Shown piece after piece: positions 51,724 to 62,200 of a stretch of 64,000 bases of DNA. The stretch lies in contig CAVTQK010000021.1 in assembly GCA_963736855.1 (NCBI GenBank), positions 1-64,000 of the forward strand, read 5' to 3'. The DNA comes from an uncultured delta proteobacterium (lineage in GTDB: Bacteria > Desulfobacterota > Desulfobacteria > Desulfobacterales > UBA2156). The notes below the pieces were generated by a model, which was given only the letters and a program-made list of their open reading frames with translations, was not told the DNA's origin and searched no databases. Each line of letters opens with the position of its first letter. Position 1 is the stretch's first letter. The translations under genes were made by a program, and so were the position numbers.

Positions 51724-53040
51724 CTATTTCTTCCCACGGGGTCTCCTTGCACCGAAAACGCGGTTAAAAATGGCGGGGATATACTTTAAATGATAATCCA
51801 CGTCAAATAGTTCCTCGATTTTTTTCAAAGACAGATACCCTGTGATCCGTTTATCCTTTTGGATCAGACGCTTGAAGTCTTTTTTCTGTTGCCATGCCTT
51901 CATGGCGTTTTCCTGCACCATCCGATAGGCCTCTTCACGCGATGTGCCGGCTTCCACCAGGGCCAGGAGAACCTGCTGGGAAAAGATCAAGCCTCCAAGC
52001 AGATTGAGATTGGCCTTCATCTTTTTTGGATAGACCATCAGATTTCGGATGATGCCGGTCATGCGGTTGAGCATGTAGTCCATCAGGATAGTGCTGTCCG
52101 GTGCGATGATCCGCTCTACAGAAGAGTGGCTGATGTCCCGTTCATGCCATAGACAGATGTTTTCCATGGCTGCCAGGGCATTGGCTCGCAGGATGCGCGC
52201 TAACCCCGCCAGATTCTCCGAACCTACCGGATTTCGTTTGTGAGGCATGGACGAAGAGCCTTTTTGTCCTTTCGAGAAATGTTCTTCGGCTTCGAGAATT
52301 TCCGTGCGCTGGAGGTGCCGGATTTCCACGGACATCTTTTCGATGGAAGCGCCCGTGATGGCAAGGGTGGTGAAGTATTCGGCGCAGCGGTCCCGCTGGA
52401 TGATCTGGGTGGATACAGGGGCCGGCTTCAGCCCGAGCTTCTTGCAGACATAGGCTTCGATCTCGGGGGATGTATTGGCAAATGTTCCGACGGCGCCGGA
52501 TAGTTTGCCGTAAGAGATGCTTTCTATGGCGTTTTTGAATCGCTTTTTGTTGCGGCGCATTTCGTCGTACCACACTGCCAGTTTGAGGCCGAAGGTAATC
52601 GGTTCTGCATGAATCCCGTGGGAGCGCCCCACCATGACGGTGTTTTGATGTTCCAGTGCCCGATCCTTTATGGCTTCCAGGAGCCCATCCATACCCCGGA
52701 GGATAATCTTGCCGGCTTCTTTCAAGAGGAAGGCCAGGCTGGTATCCAGAACGTCGGACGAGGTCAATCCCATGTGGATGTACCGGGCTTCCGGGCCGAT
52801 GTATTCCGCCACATTGGTGGTAAAGGCTATGACATCGTGCTTGGTTTTTTCCTCGATTTCTGCGATCCGTGAAACGGAAAAGGCGGCCTTTTCTTTAATG
52901 GTTTTCAGTGCTTTTTCAGGGATTTTTCCCATCCCGGCCATGGATTCGCAGGCTAAAATCTCCACCTTGAGCCAGATCCGGTACTTATTCTCGTCTGACC
53001 AAAGGTCCCCCATGCTTTTTCGGGTGTATCGCGGAATCAT
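51724..53040 (-). CDS. purB: Adenylosuccinate lyase
   Basis: MIPRY, HDVIAF, GRSHGIHAEP, GSSSMPHKRNP and WHERDISHSS. Confidence 0.97.
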   Translation of the reverse strand: MIPRYTRKSMGDLWSDENKYRIWLKVEILACESMAGMGKIPEKALKTIKEKAAFSVSRIAEIEEKTKHDVIAFTTNVAEYIGPEARYIHMGLTSSDVLDTSLAFLLKEAGKIILRGMDGLLEAIKDRALEHQNTVMVGRSHGIHAEPITFGLKLAVWYDEMRRNKKRFKNAIESISYGKLSGAVGTFANTSPEIEAYVCKKLGLKPAPVSTQIIQRDRCAEYFTTLAITGASIEKMSVEIRHLQRTEILEAEEHFSKGQKGSSSMPHKRNPVGSENLAGLARILRANALAAMENICLWHERDISHSSVERIIAPDSTILMDYMLNRMTGIIRNLMVYPKKMKANLNLLGGLIFSQQVLLALVEAGTSREEAYRMVQENAMKAWQQKKDFKRLIQKDKRITGYLSLKKIEELFDVDYHLKYIPAIFNRVFGARRPRGKK

Positions 53041-53124
53041 CACAAAGCCTTTCTATCCGGTTGAAACCTGTCGGAATGCAGACTTGGATATCTAAAATGG
53101 ATGAAGGTGTCAACCGACTGCTGG

Positions 53125-54585
53125 TTATTCGAAGATCAGCTTGTTGTCTCCAGGGACCATGGAGGGTTGGGGTTCAACGTGGATGCAGCATTCTCGTCTG
53201 GATTCGATCTCCAAGATCTCTTTACGTTTCTTATTCAGGAGGTAGGACGCCACATCAGGTGGAAGGAGTGCTCGAATGCAGGCGCTTTTTTCTTTTAGGC
53301 TCTCCAACTGGAGTTGCCGAAGAAACCTGAGGGCGAGTGTTTCCACTGAGGGTGTGATTCCGCGTCCGTGGCAATATTTACAGGGCTCATAGCTCGTGAA
53401 TTCGATGGACGGTCGAACCCGTTGACGGGTCATTTCCAGCAGTCCGAACTTGGATATCCGGCCTAAATTGGTTCGTGCTTTATCGGCTTTCAAATGGGTT
53501 TTGAGCGTCCTTTCTACTTGGAGTTTGTGTTTGGAGTCGCGCATGTCGATAAAGTCGATGACGATCAGGCCCCCCAGGTCTCGAACCCGGAGTTGCCGGC
53601 CGATTTCCTCTGCGGCTTCCAGGTTGGTCTGAAGGGCGGTTTGCTCGATGCTCTTTTTTTGGGTGGCTTTCCCGGAGTTGACGTCGATGGCCACGAGAGC
53701 CTCGGTCTGGCTGATGACGATGGATCCTCCGGATTTCAAGTTTACACGGCTTTCGAATACGGAGGCGATCTGGGCTTCCAGGTCATCCATTGCCAGGATC
53801 GGCTCTGGGCCTTTGTGCAATTTGACGATATCGCCTTGGCGGAGGGAGACCATTTTGAGGAAATCCTTAACCTCGTTGTATGCAGTCTCGTCGTCCACCA
53901 CGATTTCGGTGACCTCCGGGGTGAAATAATCACGGATGGAACGGTAAACCAGGTTGCGTTCTTTATACAAGAGGGAAGGTGCTTTGCTCATGATCCCTCT
54001 TTTTTTAATGTTTTTCCATAGGCGAAGCAGATATCCTAAATCTTTGTTCAGTACGGTTTTGGTGCAATCGGTGCCGGCGGTTCGAACGATCAGGCCGAAG
54101 TCTTCGGGGACCTTGAGCTTTTCGATAAGATCCCGGATTCGGTTGCGTTCGGAATCGTCCTCGATTTTTCTTGAAATGCCTCGGGTCTTGCTCCCGGGCA
54201 TCAAAACCAAATGCCTTCCGGGTAGCGAGATAAAGGTGGTCAGGAGGGCGCCTTTTTGTGCGGAGGGCTCCTTGGTTACCTGGACAAAGAGTTCTTGTCC
54301 CCGCTTGATGAGATTGTCGATGGATCGGTTGCCCGTATCGATGTCCTGAAAATAGTCGCTGTGGATTTCATGTTTTTGCAAAAATCCATGTCTTTCGACG
54401 CCGAGATCGACGAACAAGGCCTGCAGACTCGGCACGATCCGGGAAACGACTCCTTTATAAATATTTCCCTGGATGGTTTCTCTGGAGGTGCTTTCGATGT
54501 AAAAATCTTCCAGCTTTCCATCTTTGACTTTGACAATCCGATATTCTTCCGGATCCAGGACGTTCATAAGGATCTTAGTACCCAT
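53125..54585 (-). CDS. RNase E/G family ribonuclease (catalytic domain only)
   Basis: GNIYKG, QVTKEP, IDVNSG, GGLIVIDFIDM and EMTRQR...CKYC. Confidence 0.93.
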   Translation of the reverse strand: MGTKILMNVLDPEEYRIVKVKDGKLEDFYIESTSRETIQGNIYKGVVSRIVPSLQALFVDLGVERHGFLQKHEIHSDYFQDIDTGNRSIDNLIKRGQELFVQVTKEPSAQKGALLTTFISLPGRHLVLMPGSKTRGISRKIEDDSERNRIRDLIEKLKVPEDFGLIVRTAGTDCTKTVLNKDLGYLLRLWKNIKKRGIMSKAPSLLYKERNLVYRSIRDYFTPEVTEIVVDDETAYNEVKDFLKMVSLRQGDIVKLHKGPEPILAMDDLEAQIASVFESRVNLKSGGSIVISQTEALVAIDVNSGKATQKKSIEQTALQTNLEAAEEIGRQLRVRDLGGLIVIDFIDMRDSKHKLQVERTLKTHLKADKARTNLGRISKFGLLEMTRQRVRPSIEFTSYEPCKYCHGRGITPSVETLALRFLRQLQLESLKEKSACIRALLPPDVASYLLNKKRKEILEIESRRECCIHVEPQPSMVPGDNKLIFE

Positions 54586-54811
54586 GTATGATTTTTCCTT
54601 TACGGCTTTTATTTGACGAAAAAACGGCTCCAATTCAGTAATCTTAACCGTAATGGTAAGGTAAATCAATCATTGAATACGATTTGGGGCCTTTGGGTCT
54701 CCGACGTCCTATGATAGAAAGTTTGAGTGACAAAGATTTGCGGCTTGTTGACTTCACCAAGCTTTCGTGTCAACCATCCGGAGCAAACTAGAAAAGGACG
54801 GGAGAAAGAAT

Positions 54812-56083
54812 ATGAATCGACAATCTGCAGGGTATCGTTGGCTCATCTTCTGGATTATCGCCTTCGGATATGTCCTGGTCTATTTTCACCGTCTCTGTCC
54901 AGCCATTGTGGCGGTGGACATGATGCGGGATCTCAAGGCCGGTGGTGCACTGATCGGCTTTTTAGCGGCCGCTTATTTTTACCCATACGCCGTGATGCAG
55001 TTGCCGGCAGGGCTTTTGTCGGATTCCTGGGGGCCGCGAAAAACCATCACCGTTTTTTTTATCGTAGCATTTTTTGGGTCCATCCTGTTGGGTGTCGCAC
55101 CATCGGCGTCCTGGGCCATCATCGGACGCACACTGGTGGGATTTGGGGTGGCCATGCTCTTCGTGCCGGCAATGAAAATCCTGGTTGAATGGTTTACCAA
55201 GAAAGAATTCGCCTTCATGACCGGAATCCTGGTAGCTATGGGAGGAATCGGATCCCTGATAGCAGCCACTCCTCTGGCGTTATTGAGCGCCACCATCGGA
55301 TGGCGGTTCTCCTTTATCGCTGTGGGAGGATTCACCCTGCTTTTGGCTATTTTGATATGGCGTTTTGTCCAGGACCGGCCGGAATCCGGAAAAAGTGTTT
55401 CAAATAACGAAAAGACGGCTGAAGGGCAGGATGTCATCGGCCTCATGGATGGGGTCCGGCGGGTCTTGACGACCCCGGCTTTCTGGCCGCTTGCGGTGTG
55501 GTTCTTTTTTAATTTCGGCATCTTTTTTTCCTTCGGGGGTCTCTGGGGCGGGCCGTATCTCATGCATGTTTACCGGATGACTCGGGATCAGGCCGGCCAG
55601 ATTCTCTCCATGCTGGCAGTGGGAATGATCATCGGAAGCCCATTGCTTAGCTTTGTTTCCAGTTCCATCTTCAAGGCCCGAAAACCGGTCCTTGTGATAT
55701 CCAGCTCAATGGTCCTGGTCATTACGCTGCTCCTGGCGTTTTTCCCCGACCGAATCCCCCTTTATGGATTGTATGTCATTTGCCTGGCACTGGGCATCTT
55801 TTCCAGCGCCATAGTAGTGATCGGGTTTACGGCGAACAAGGAGCTTTTTCCGGTGCAAATCGCCGGAACGGCCTCCGGGTTGGTCAATCTTTTCCCCTTT
55901 GCCGGTGGTGCCGTGTTTCAGCCGATCTTAGGATACACCCTGGAAAAGTACGGCAGGGTCGATGGGATATTTACAGTTCAAGGATATCGGGGGGCTTTTT
56001 CTGTTCTTCTTTCCTGTGCCGTTGTCGCAATCCTCGCGAGCTTCTTCATCAAAGAAACACTGGGTTCAAAAGAAAGCTCCTGA
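54812..56083 (+). CDS. MFS transporter
   Basis: Multi-TM profile, GLLSDSWGPRK motif A and GLWGGPYL. Confidence 0.88.
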   Translation: MNRQSAGYRWLIFWIIAFGYVLVYFHRLCPAIVAVDMMRDLKAGGALIGFLAAAYFYPYAVMQLPAGLLSDSWGPRKTITVFFIVAFFGSILLGVAPSASWAIIGRTLVGFGVAMLFVPAMKILVEWFTKKEFAFMTGILVAMGGIGSLIAATPLALLSATIGWRFSFIAVGGFTLLLAILIWRFVQDRPESGKSVSNNEKTAEGQDVIGLMDGVRRVLTTPAFWPLAVWFFFNFGIFFSFGGLWGGPYLMHVYRMTRDQAGQILSMLAVGMIIGSPLLSFVSSSIFKARKPVLVISSSMVLVITLLLAFFPDRIPLYGLYVICLALGIFSSAIVVIGFTANKELFPVQIAGTASGLVNLFPFAGGAVFQPILGYTLEKYGRVDGIFTVQGYRGAFSVLLSCAVVAILASFFIKETLGSKESS

Positions 56084-56350
56084 AGGATCGATTCGCTATT
56101 TTCGATTTTTTCTTGACTTCTCCTCATCGGTTATGTAGTCACATTATAGTTAGAATGTGATTAAACTCCGGATGCCTGTAACTTCTAATCCATCCAATTT
56201 ATTGAAAATATTAATCGCCGGCTTTATTAAGGCTTCAATAAGGGAAAGTGCGCCAGGCATAGGGTTTTCCAGGTGTCGCCCACGCCGGGTTCAGAGAAGG
56301 GAATGCCGGCAGGCGTTAAGCGGTATCGAATATAAAAAAGGGGACGGCAT

Positions 56351-56797
56351 ATGAAACTCAAACAAGTTTCCATTTCCATCGAGAACTCACCGGCGCGTCT
56401 TTACAAGGTCACCAAGGCTTTGGGAGATGCTGGGATCAACTTGCGGGCGCTTAACCTGGTGGAAACAGGCGGCGGTTTCGGGTTGCTGCGACTCCTGGTT
56501 TCAGATGTTACCACCACACGGCGCATCCTGATGAAAAAGCACATTCCGGCCCAAGTCAGCGAGGTGGTGGCGACTGAGATCGAAGACAAACCCGGCAGCC
56601 TGGCCCGAATGCTCAAATACCTCCTGGACGCCAAGATTCATACCGTTTACATGTATGCGTTTGCGGGTTTTTCTTCTGAGAAAGCAGTGATGATTTTCCG
56701 TTTCACGGATAACGACAAAGCCATTGAAATTTTAAAGAAAAAAGGGATTCAAGTCCTGGATGCCAAGGCTTTCGGGATGCTGAATGCCGAAGGTTGA
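56351..56797 (+). CDS. Tandem ACT-domain protein
   Basis: QVSISIENSP, GINLRAL, DKPGSLA and YMYAF. Confidence 0.85.
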   Translation: MKLKQVSISIENSPARLYKVTKALGDAGINLRALNLVETGGGFGLLRLLVSDVTTTRRILMKKHIPAQVSEVVATEIEDKPGSLARMLKYLLDAKIHTVYMYAFAGFSSEKAVMIFRFTDNDKAIEILKKKGIQVLDAKAFGMLNAEG

Positions 56798-56893
56798 ACC
56801 CTCGTGTCCGGTTTCATTGATTGCTCGTTTCGACACAACAGCCCGTATGCCGTTTCCGGAAAGCGGTGGCCTTTACGTCGGAAAGGATGAGAA

Positions 56894-57841
56894 ATGAAAA
56901 AGAAATCGAAGTTTGATCCAGGTTCCTTTGGAATCATCGGCGCCGGACCGGTGGGATGCATCGTGGCGGCATTTTTGGCCAAGGGGGGTTACGATGTGGT
57001 TTTATGCGACGTGATCCCGGACCTCGTGGCCCCGGCGGTTGATCGGGGAATCATTATCGAAGGCGCGGAAAACCTCACCCAACGCGTTCGCGCCACATGC
57101 ACCAGTGTTGACGAATTGTCCGACGTCAATCCCGACGCAATTTTTATCACCGTCAAAGCCAATGCGCTCCCGTTGATTGTTTCGGCCATCGAGGATTTTT
57201 ATCGGGAAGGGATGGTCGTGGTGAGCTGGCAAAACGGCATCGACACAGAACTTGAACTCGCAAAGATTCTGGGGAAGAAAGCGTCCATACGCGCGGTGGT
57301 CAATTACGGGTGTAGTCTTTTAGGTCCGGCCCACGTCAAAATGCCGTTTCATCATCCGCCCCATTATATCCAGGAACTCGATCCGGATTCCAGGGAATTA
57401 GCTGTCGGCATCGCCGGGGCCTTGACCCGCGGAGGGCTGGAAACCCGGCATACGGACCAGATCATCTCCATGGTTTGGCGCAAAAGCATCATGAACGCTT
57501 GCATGAATCCGGTCTGCGCCGTCACCGGTTTGACCATGGCCCAGGCCATGAATGATCCCATTATTTTTGAAACTGTCGATTCGTTGGTTAAGGAGTGCAT
57601 CCAGGTTGCCCGGGCCAACGAAATCTCCTTGGGGTGGGACTACTACACCCACGCCATGGATTATATGAGTCATGCAGGGGATCATAAGCCGTCCATGTTG
57701 ACGGATATCGAAAATCGACGGCTGACCGAAATCGATTTCATCAACGGCAAATTCGTGGAATACGGGGATCGGGCAGGCGTCGCCACCCCTTACAACACCA
57801 CGCTCCGATCGCTGGTCAAAGGTTTGCAGTCTAAGTTCTAG
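56894..57841 (+). CDS. Ketopantoate reductase (PanE/ApbA) family oxidoreductase
   Basis: GAGPVG, WQNGID, WRKSIMNACMNP, SMLTD and TEIDFING. Confidence 0.88.
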   Translation: MKKKSKFDPGSFGIIGAGPVGCIVAAFLAKGGYDVVLCDVIPDLVAPAVDRGIIIEGAENLTQRVRATCTSVDELSDVNPDAIFITVKANALPLIVSAIEDFYREGMVVVSWQNGIDTELELAKILGKKASIRAVVNYGCSLLGPAHVKMPFHHPPHYIQELDPDSRELAVGIAGALTRGGLETRHTDQIISMVWRKSIMNACMNPVCAVTGLTMAQAMNDPIIFETVDSLVKECIQVARANEISLGWDYYTHAMDYMSHAGDHKPSMLTDIENRRLTEIDFINGKFVEYGDRAGVATPYNTTLRSLVKGLQSKF

Positions 57842-57894
57842 TCTGATATGGGATTAGTCACAGTGAAGATTTCGGGAACAGGGCAGAGGCATCC

Positions 57895-58728
57895 ATGAAA
57901 AGCAAGCCGGCTGGACACCCAGAGATCACCCCGCTTTTTGTGGGAGTCGACGTGGGATCTTCCAGGACAAAAGCGGCTGTACTGGACTCCGCATTGAATC
58001 TGGTCGGTTATGATGTCCGGAAATCGGGTACCGATTTTACCAGAACTGCGGATGAATGCCTGAATACCTCTCTTCAAATGGCCCGACGAAATCCCGAAGA
58101 TGTGGTCTATACCGTCTCTACCGGATACGGTCGGAAGAACGTTGTTTTTTCCAAGGATACCCGAACCGAAATCGGATGCCATGGAAAAGGGTGTTACCAC
58201 TATTTTCCGAAAGCGATCACCATCATCGACATCGGCGGTCAGGACAACAAGATCATCAAACTGGATGCAGCGGGTCGAAGACTCAGTTTCAAGATGAACC
58301 GAAAGTGCGCCGCTGGAACCGGTGCCTTTCTGGAGGAGATGTCCGCCCGTCTCGACATTCCGTTGGAAGACATGGACGGACTGGCCCGAAAGTCTACGGA
58401 TATGGTCAAACTCGGGAGTTTTTGCACTGTTTTTTCAGCCACCGAAGTTTTGGAAAATATTCGCGGCGGAAAAAAGATCGAAGACATCGTCAAGGGGTTG
58501 TTTTTTTCGGTGATTAAGCGGGTCCTGGAGATGGATTCCCTGACGGAGAAGGTCGTCATGACCGGGGGGGTGGTGCAGCACAATCCATTCCTGGTTCAGA
58601 TGACCGAAGTCCAGATCGGAAGATCCATCTTGGTTCCCCCGCACCCGCAGTTGACCGGGGCTGTCGGCGCTGCCCTCTATGCACTGGAGGCGGCAGGAAC
58701 GGAGCCTCTGCCGAACCGCGGAGCCTGA
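57895..58728 (+). CDS. ASKHA ATP-dependent acyl-CoA dehydratase/reductase activator (HgdC/BcrA-D family)
   Basis: GVDVGS, TGYGR, DIGGQDNK, MNRKCAAGTG, CTVF and TGGV. Confidence 0.9.
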   Translation: MKSKPAGHPEITPLFVGVDVGSSRTKAAVLDSALNLVGYDVRKSGTDFTRTADECLNTSLQMARRNPEDVVYTVSTGYGRKNVVFSKDTRTEIGCHGKGCYHYFPKAITIIDIGGQDNKIIKLDAAGRRLSFKMNRKCAAGTGAFLEEMSARLDIPLEDMDGLARKSTDMVKLGSFCTVFSATEVLENIRGGKKIEDIVKGLFFSVIKRVLEMDSLTEKVVMTGGVVQHNPFLVQMTEVQIGRSILVPPHPQLTGAVGAALYALEAAGTEPLPNRGA

Positions 58729-58833
58729 GACCTCAGGCTCCAGGCGTTGCTGCTTTTTTAAAGGATCGGTATTGATTCGAGGGTGATTCTATCAACCGGA
58801 GGATCATCCGATATCATAGGGAGGAGATAACTT

Positions 58834-60081
58834 ATGGCACAAGAGAAAGAAATTGTAATTCGGCGTTTAAAAACCGCCAAGGACCTGGGTAAGTTCATGG
58901 CCGATTACTACTATGAACTGGATGAAGCCTCCAAGTCCGGCAAGAAAAAGGTTGCCTGGTGCACCAGCGTCGGGCCGGCGGAAATCCTGAGGGGAATGGG
59001 GTTTTTAACCTACTTTCCGGAGACCCACTCCGCCATGCTGGGAACCACAAGGATGGCCGTCGACCTGATTCCCAAGGCCAACGCCATCGGCTATTCCCCG
59101 GACATCTGTTCCTACCTTACTGCAGACATCGGTGCCTTTCTGGAGGGAGTCACCCCTCTGTCGCGGGCTTTTCCAGGCATCCAGAGCGTACCGAAGCCGG
59201 ACGTTTTGGTCTATAACACCAATCAGTGCCGAGATGTCCAGGACTGGTTTGCCTGGTATGCAGAACATTATAACGTGCCGTTGGTGGGGATCGAGACCTA
59301 TCGGAACGTTCCTGAAGTGACGCCGGCGCATATCACCTCCATTGTTGGACAGATGGAAAACATTGTGGAGCCTTTGGAAAAAGTAGCCGGTCGGAAACTA
59401 GACATGGGGGAGCTTAAAAATGCGGTGGCCCTTTCCCGTGAATGCTCGGATCTTTGGGAAAAATGTCTGGCTGCGGCCGCTTCCAAACCTTCACCCCTCA
59501 CCTTCTTTGACGGAACTACTTTGATGGGACCGGCCGTCGTGGGCCGCGGTACTCAGAGGGCCAATGATGCTTATAATCTGCTTTTGGAAGAGTTGAATGA
59601 ACGCGTGGCTCAAGGAATCGGGGCCATCGAGAATGAGCGATACCGGCTCTACTGGGACGGGATGCCGGTTTGGGGACGTCTCAGCATGCATTCCAAGCTC
59701 TTTGCCGGACTCGACGCCAACGTCATCGCTTCCACATACTGCAGCAGCTGGATTTTTACCGCCCTCGACCCCAGGGAACCCTTTGAAAGCATGGCCAAGG
59801 CCTACACCGAACTTTTCATCGTCAGGTCGGACGAGTACAAGGAAGAATACATCAAAGACAAACTGGAATTCTTCAAGTGCGACGGCATCATCTATCACGA
59901 CGCCAAGACTTGTCCCAACAACACCAACTGCCGGTACGGGATGCCGCAACGGCTCGAAAAGAAAACCGGGATTCCGAGCCTGATTATCAACGGTGACCTT
60001 AACGATCTCCGGTTACTTTCGGATGAACAGACCAAGACGAATGTGGAAGCCTTCATCGAACAACTTGAAGAGCGTAAATAG
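58834..60081 (+). CDS. 2-hydroxyacyl-CoA dehydratase / BcrB-BadE-HgdA family subunit
   Basis: WCTSVGPAE, DICSY, NQC, KTCP, GDLND and TNVEAF. Confidence 0.85.
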   Translation: MAQEKEIVIRRLKTAKDLGKFMADYYYELDEASKSGKKKVAWCTSVGPAEILRGMGFLTYFPETHSAMLGTTRMAVDLIPKANAIGYSPDICSYLTADIGAFLEGVTPLSRAFPGIQSVPKPDVLVYNTNQCRDVQDWFAWYAEHYNVPLVGIETYRNVPEVTPAHITSIVGQMENIVEPLEKVAGRKLDMGELKNAVALSRECSDLWEKCLAAAASKPSPLTFFDGTTLMGPAVVGRGTQRANDAYNLLLEELNERVAQGIGAIENERYRLYWDGMPVWGRLSMHSKLFAGLDANVIASTYCSSWIFTALDPREPFESMAKAYTELFIVRSDEYKEEYIKDKLEFFKCDGIIYHDAKTCPNNTNCRYGMPQRLEKKTGIPSLIINGDLNDLRLLSDEQTKTNVEAFIEQLEERK

Positions 60082-60108
60082 GGCCATCTGAAAAAGGGGG
60101 AAAAAGTC

Positions 60109-62187
60109 ATGTTAGACGCATTGTTTCGACCGAGGGCGGTCGCCGTCATCGGCGCATCGGGCAAAGAGCTTTCCATCGGAAACCGGGTCATCAAGAACCT
60201 CATCGACTTCGGGTTCAAGGGCGCCATATACCCCATCAACCCCAAGGCCGATGAGATTCGAGGCCTAAAGGCCTACCCGACGATCCTCGATTGTCCGGGA
60301 GAAGTGGACGTGGTCCACATGGTCATCCCGGCCAAATTTATCCCCCAGGCCGTGGAAGATTGCGGCAAAAAGAGGGTCAAGCACATTATCATCAACTCAG
60401 GCGGGTTTTCCGAGACCGGCCCCGAAGGAGAGGCCATTGAAAAGGATTTTTTAGCCCGTGCCAAAAAATATGGCATCCGGATCTTGGGACCCAACTGCCA
60501 GGGGATCATCAATTCGGATCCGAACATCCGGGCTTACTGCAATTTCACCTTCACCAAACCGGATCCGGGGTTTATCTCCATTGTGGCACTCAGCGGAGGA
60601 GTGGCCGAGGTCATTCACCAGGGATTCTCGGAGATGGGGGTAGGGACCCGGATCTACGCTTCCAACGGAAACGCATGCGATGTCACGATTCCTGAGATAA
60701 TCCGATATTTAGGCGATGATGAGGGAACCCGCGTCATCGTGACCTATGTTGAAGGGCTCCGGGATCCGGCCAACTTCATGAAGACGGTTCAGGAGGTTGC
60801 GGCTAAAAAACCGATTTTAGCCATGAAGGCCGGTCGGACCAAGGAAGGTGCCAAGGCCGCCGCGTCACATACCGGTGGGCTGGCCAAGGAAGACATCGCC
60901 ACCGACCTCATCTTCAAGAAGGCCGGGGTCGTGGATTTCAGGGACGAAGGGGAACTGATTCAAGCCGCCGTCGCCTTTGCTTCGCAGCCGATTCCCAAAG
61001 GGAACCGCGTGGGTATCATCACCAATACCGGCGGCCCGGCCGTCATCGCGACAGATGTTCTGGTGGGGGCCGGCCTTCAACTTCCACCGCTTTCCGCAAA
61101 AACCGAGGCATTTCTTAAGGAAAAACTTTATCCCGAGGCATCCGTGCATAATCCCGTGGATGTTCTTGCTACGGCCAACGCGGCGCATTATCGGGCCTGC
61201 ATGGATGCCATGATGGAAGACGATCACTTCGATTGCGTCTTCATCAATTTCGTCACCCCCTTTTTTGTGGACAACGAGAGCATCGCCAGAGAGATTGTTG
61301 TCGTCAGTCAGCAGCAGAGAAAGCCGATCGTTTGCAACCTGATGACGGATCGCAGGCAATGGACCGAGGTGGTCAAGATCCTGCAGGACGGAGGCGTTCC
61401 CTGTTTCAGCCTCCCAGGGGCCGCGGCGCGGGCCATGACGGCCATGGTGCGATACCACAACTTGCGGAACCGGGAGCGAGGAACGATTCCGGCATTCGGC
61501 GATGTCGATACAAAGGCTGCCGGTAAAATCCTTCAGAAGGCAGGAACAACCGGAGATTTTTTGGCTTCCGACGATGTTTACCGTCTACTGGAGGCCTATA
61601 AAATCCCTGTGCCAGGGTGGCGCGTGGTCCAAAATGTCGAGGAGGCGGTCAAAGCCGCCGAGGCGATCGGGTATCCGGTGGTGGTGAAGGCGGATGCCCC
61701 GTCCATCGTCCATAAAAGCGAGATGGGCGGGGTCGCGTTGGATCTTAAGGATGCCGGGGAGGTTCGATCTGCGGTGACCGGAATGCAAAACAGCTTGAAG
61801 GCCAAGGACCTGCGGTTTTTTATTCAGAAATGCCTGCCTAAAGGCCTGGAGGTCATCGTCGGCGCCAAGGCCGAAGAAGGGCTGGGACACATCGTCATGT
61901 TCGGACTGGGAGGAATTTATGTGGAAGTCATGAAGGATGTGGTCTTCAACCTGACTCCGGTCACCTCGGCAGAGGCTGAGGAGATGCTTTCTTCGATCAA
62001 AGGGAAGGCGCTGTTGACAGGTGTCCGGGGTCAGGAAGGGGTTGACCGAAAGACCCTGGAAATGCTCATTCTCAGGGTATCGCAACTGGTGTCCGATCTG
62101 CCGGAGATCCTCGAGATGGATTTGAATCCAGTCATCGCCTATGAAGACGGCCTTTTTGTTGCCGATGCGCGAATCCGATTGAAGTAA
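60109..62187 (+). CDS. ADP-forming acyl-CoA synthetase (alpha-beta fusion)
   Basis: VAVIGAS, GPNCQG, SHTG phospho-His, NPVD, HKSEMGGV and MDLNPV. Confidence 0.92.
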   Translation: MLDALFRPRAVAVIGASGKELSIGNRVIKNLIDFGFKGAIYPINPKADEIRGLKAYPTILDCPGEVDVVHMVIPAKFIPQAVEDCGKKRVKHIIINSGGFSETGPEGEAIEKDFLARAKKYGIRILGPNCQGIINSDPNIRAYCNFTFTKPDPGFISIVALSGGVAEVIHQGFSEMGVGTRIYASNGNACDVTIPEIIRYLGDDEGTRVIVTYVEGLRDPANFMKTVQEVAAKKPILAMKAGRTKEGAKAAASHTGGLAKEDIATDLIFKKAGVVDFRDEGELIQAAVAFASQPIPKGNRVGIITNTGGPAVIATDVLVGAGLQLPPLSAKTEAFLKEKLYPEASVHNPVDVLATANAAHYRACMDAMMEDDHFDCVFINFVTPFFVDNESIAREIVVVSQQQRKPIVCNLMTDRRQWTEVVKILQDGGVPCFSLPGAAARAMTAMVRYHNLRNRERGTIPAFGDVDTKAAGKILQKAGTTGDFLASDDVYRLLEAYKIPVPGWRVVQNVEEAVKAAEAIGYPVVVKADAPSIVHKSEMGGVALDLKDAGEVRSAVTGMQNSLKAKDLRFFIQKCLPKGLEVIVGAKAEEGLGHIVMFGLGGIYVEVMKDVVFNLTPVTSAEAEEMLSSIKGKALLTGVRGQEGVDRKTLEMLILRVSQLVSDLPEILEMDLNPVIAYEDGLFVADARIRLK

Positions 62188-62200
62188 AAGGAGATCCGAA

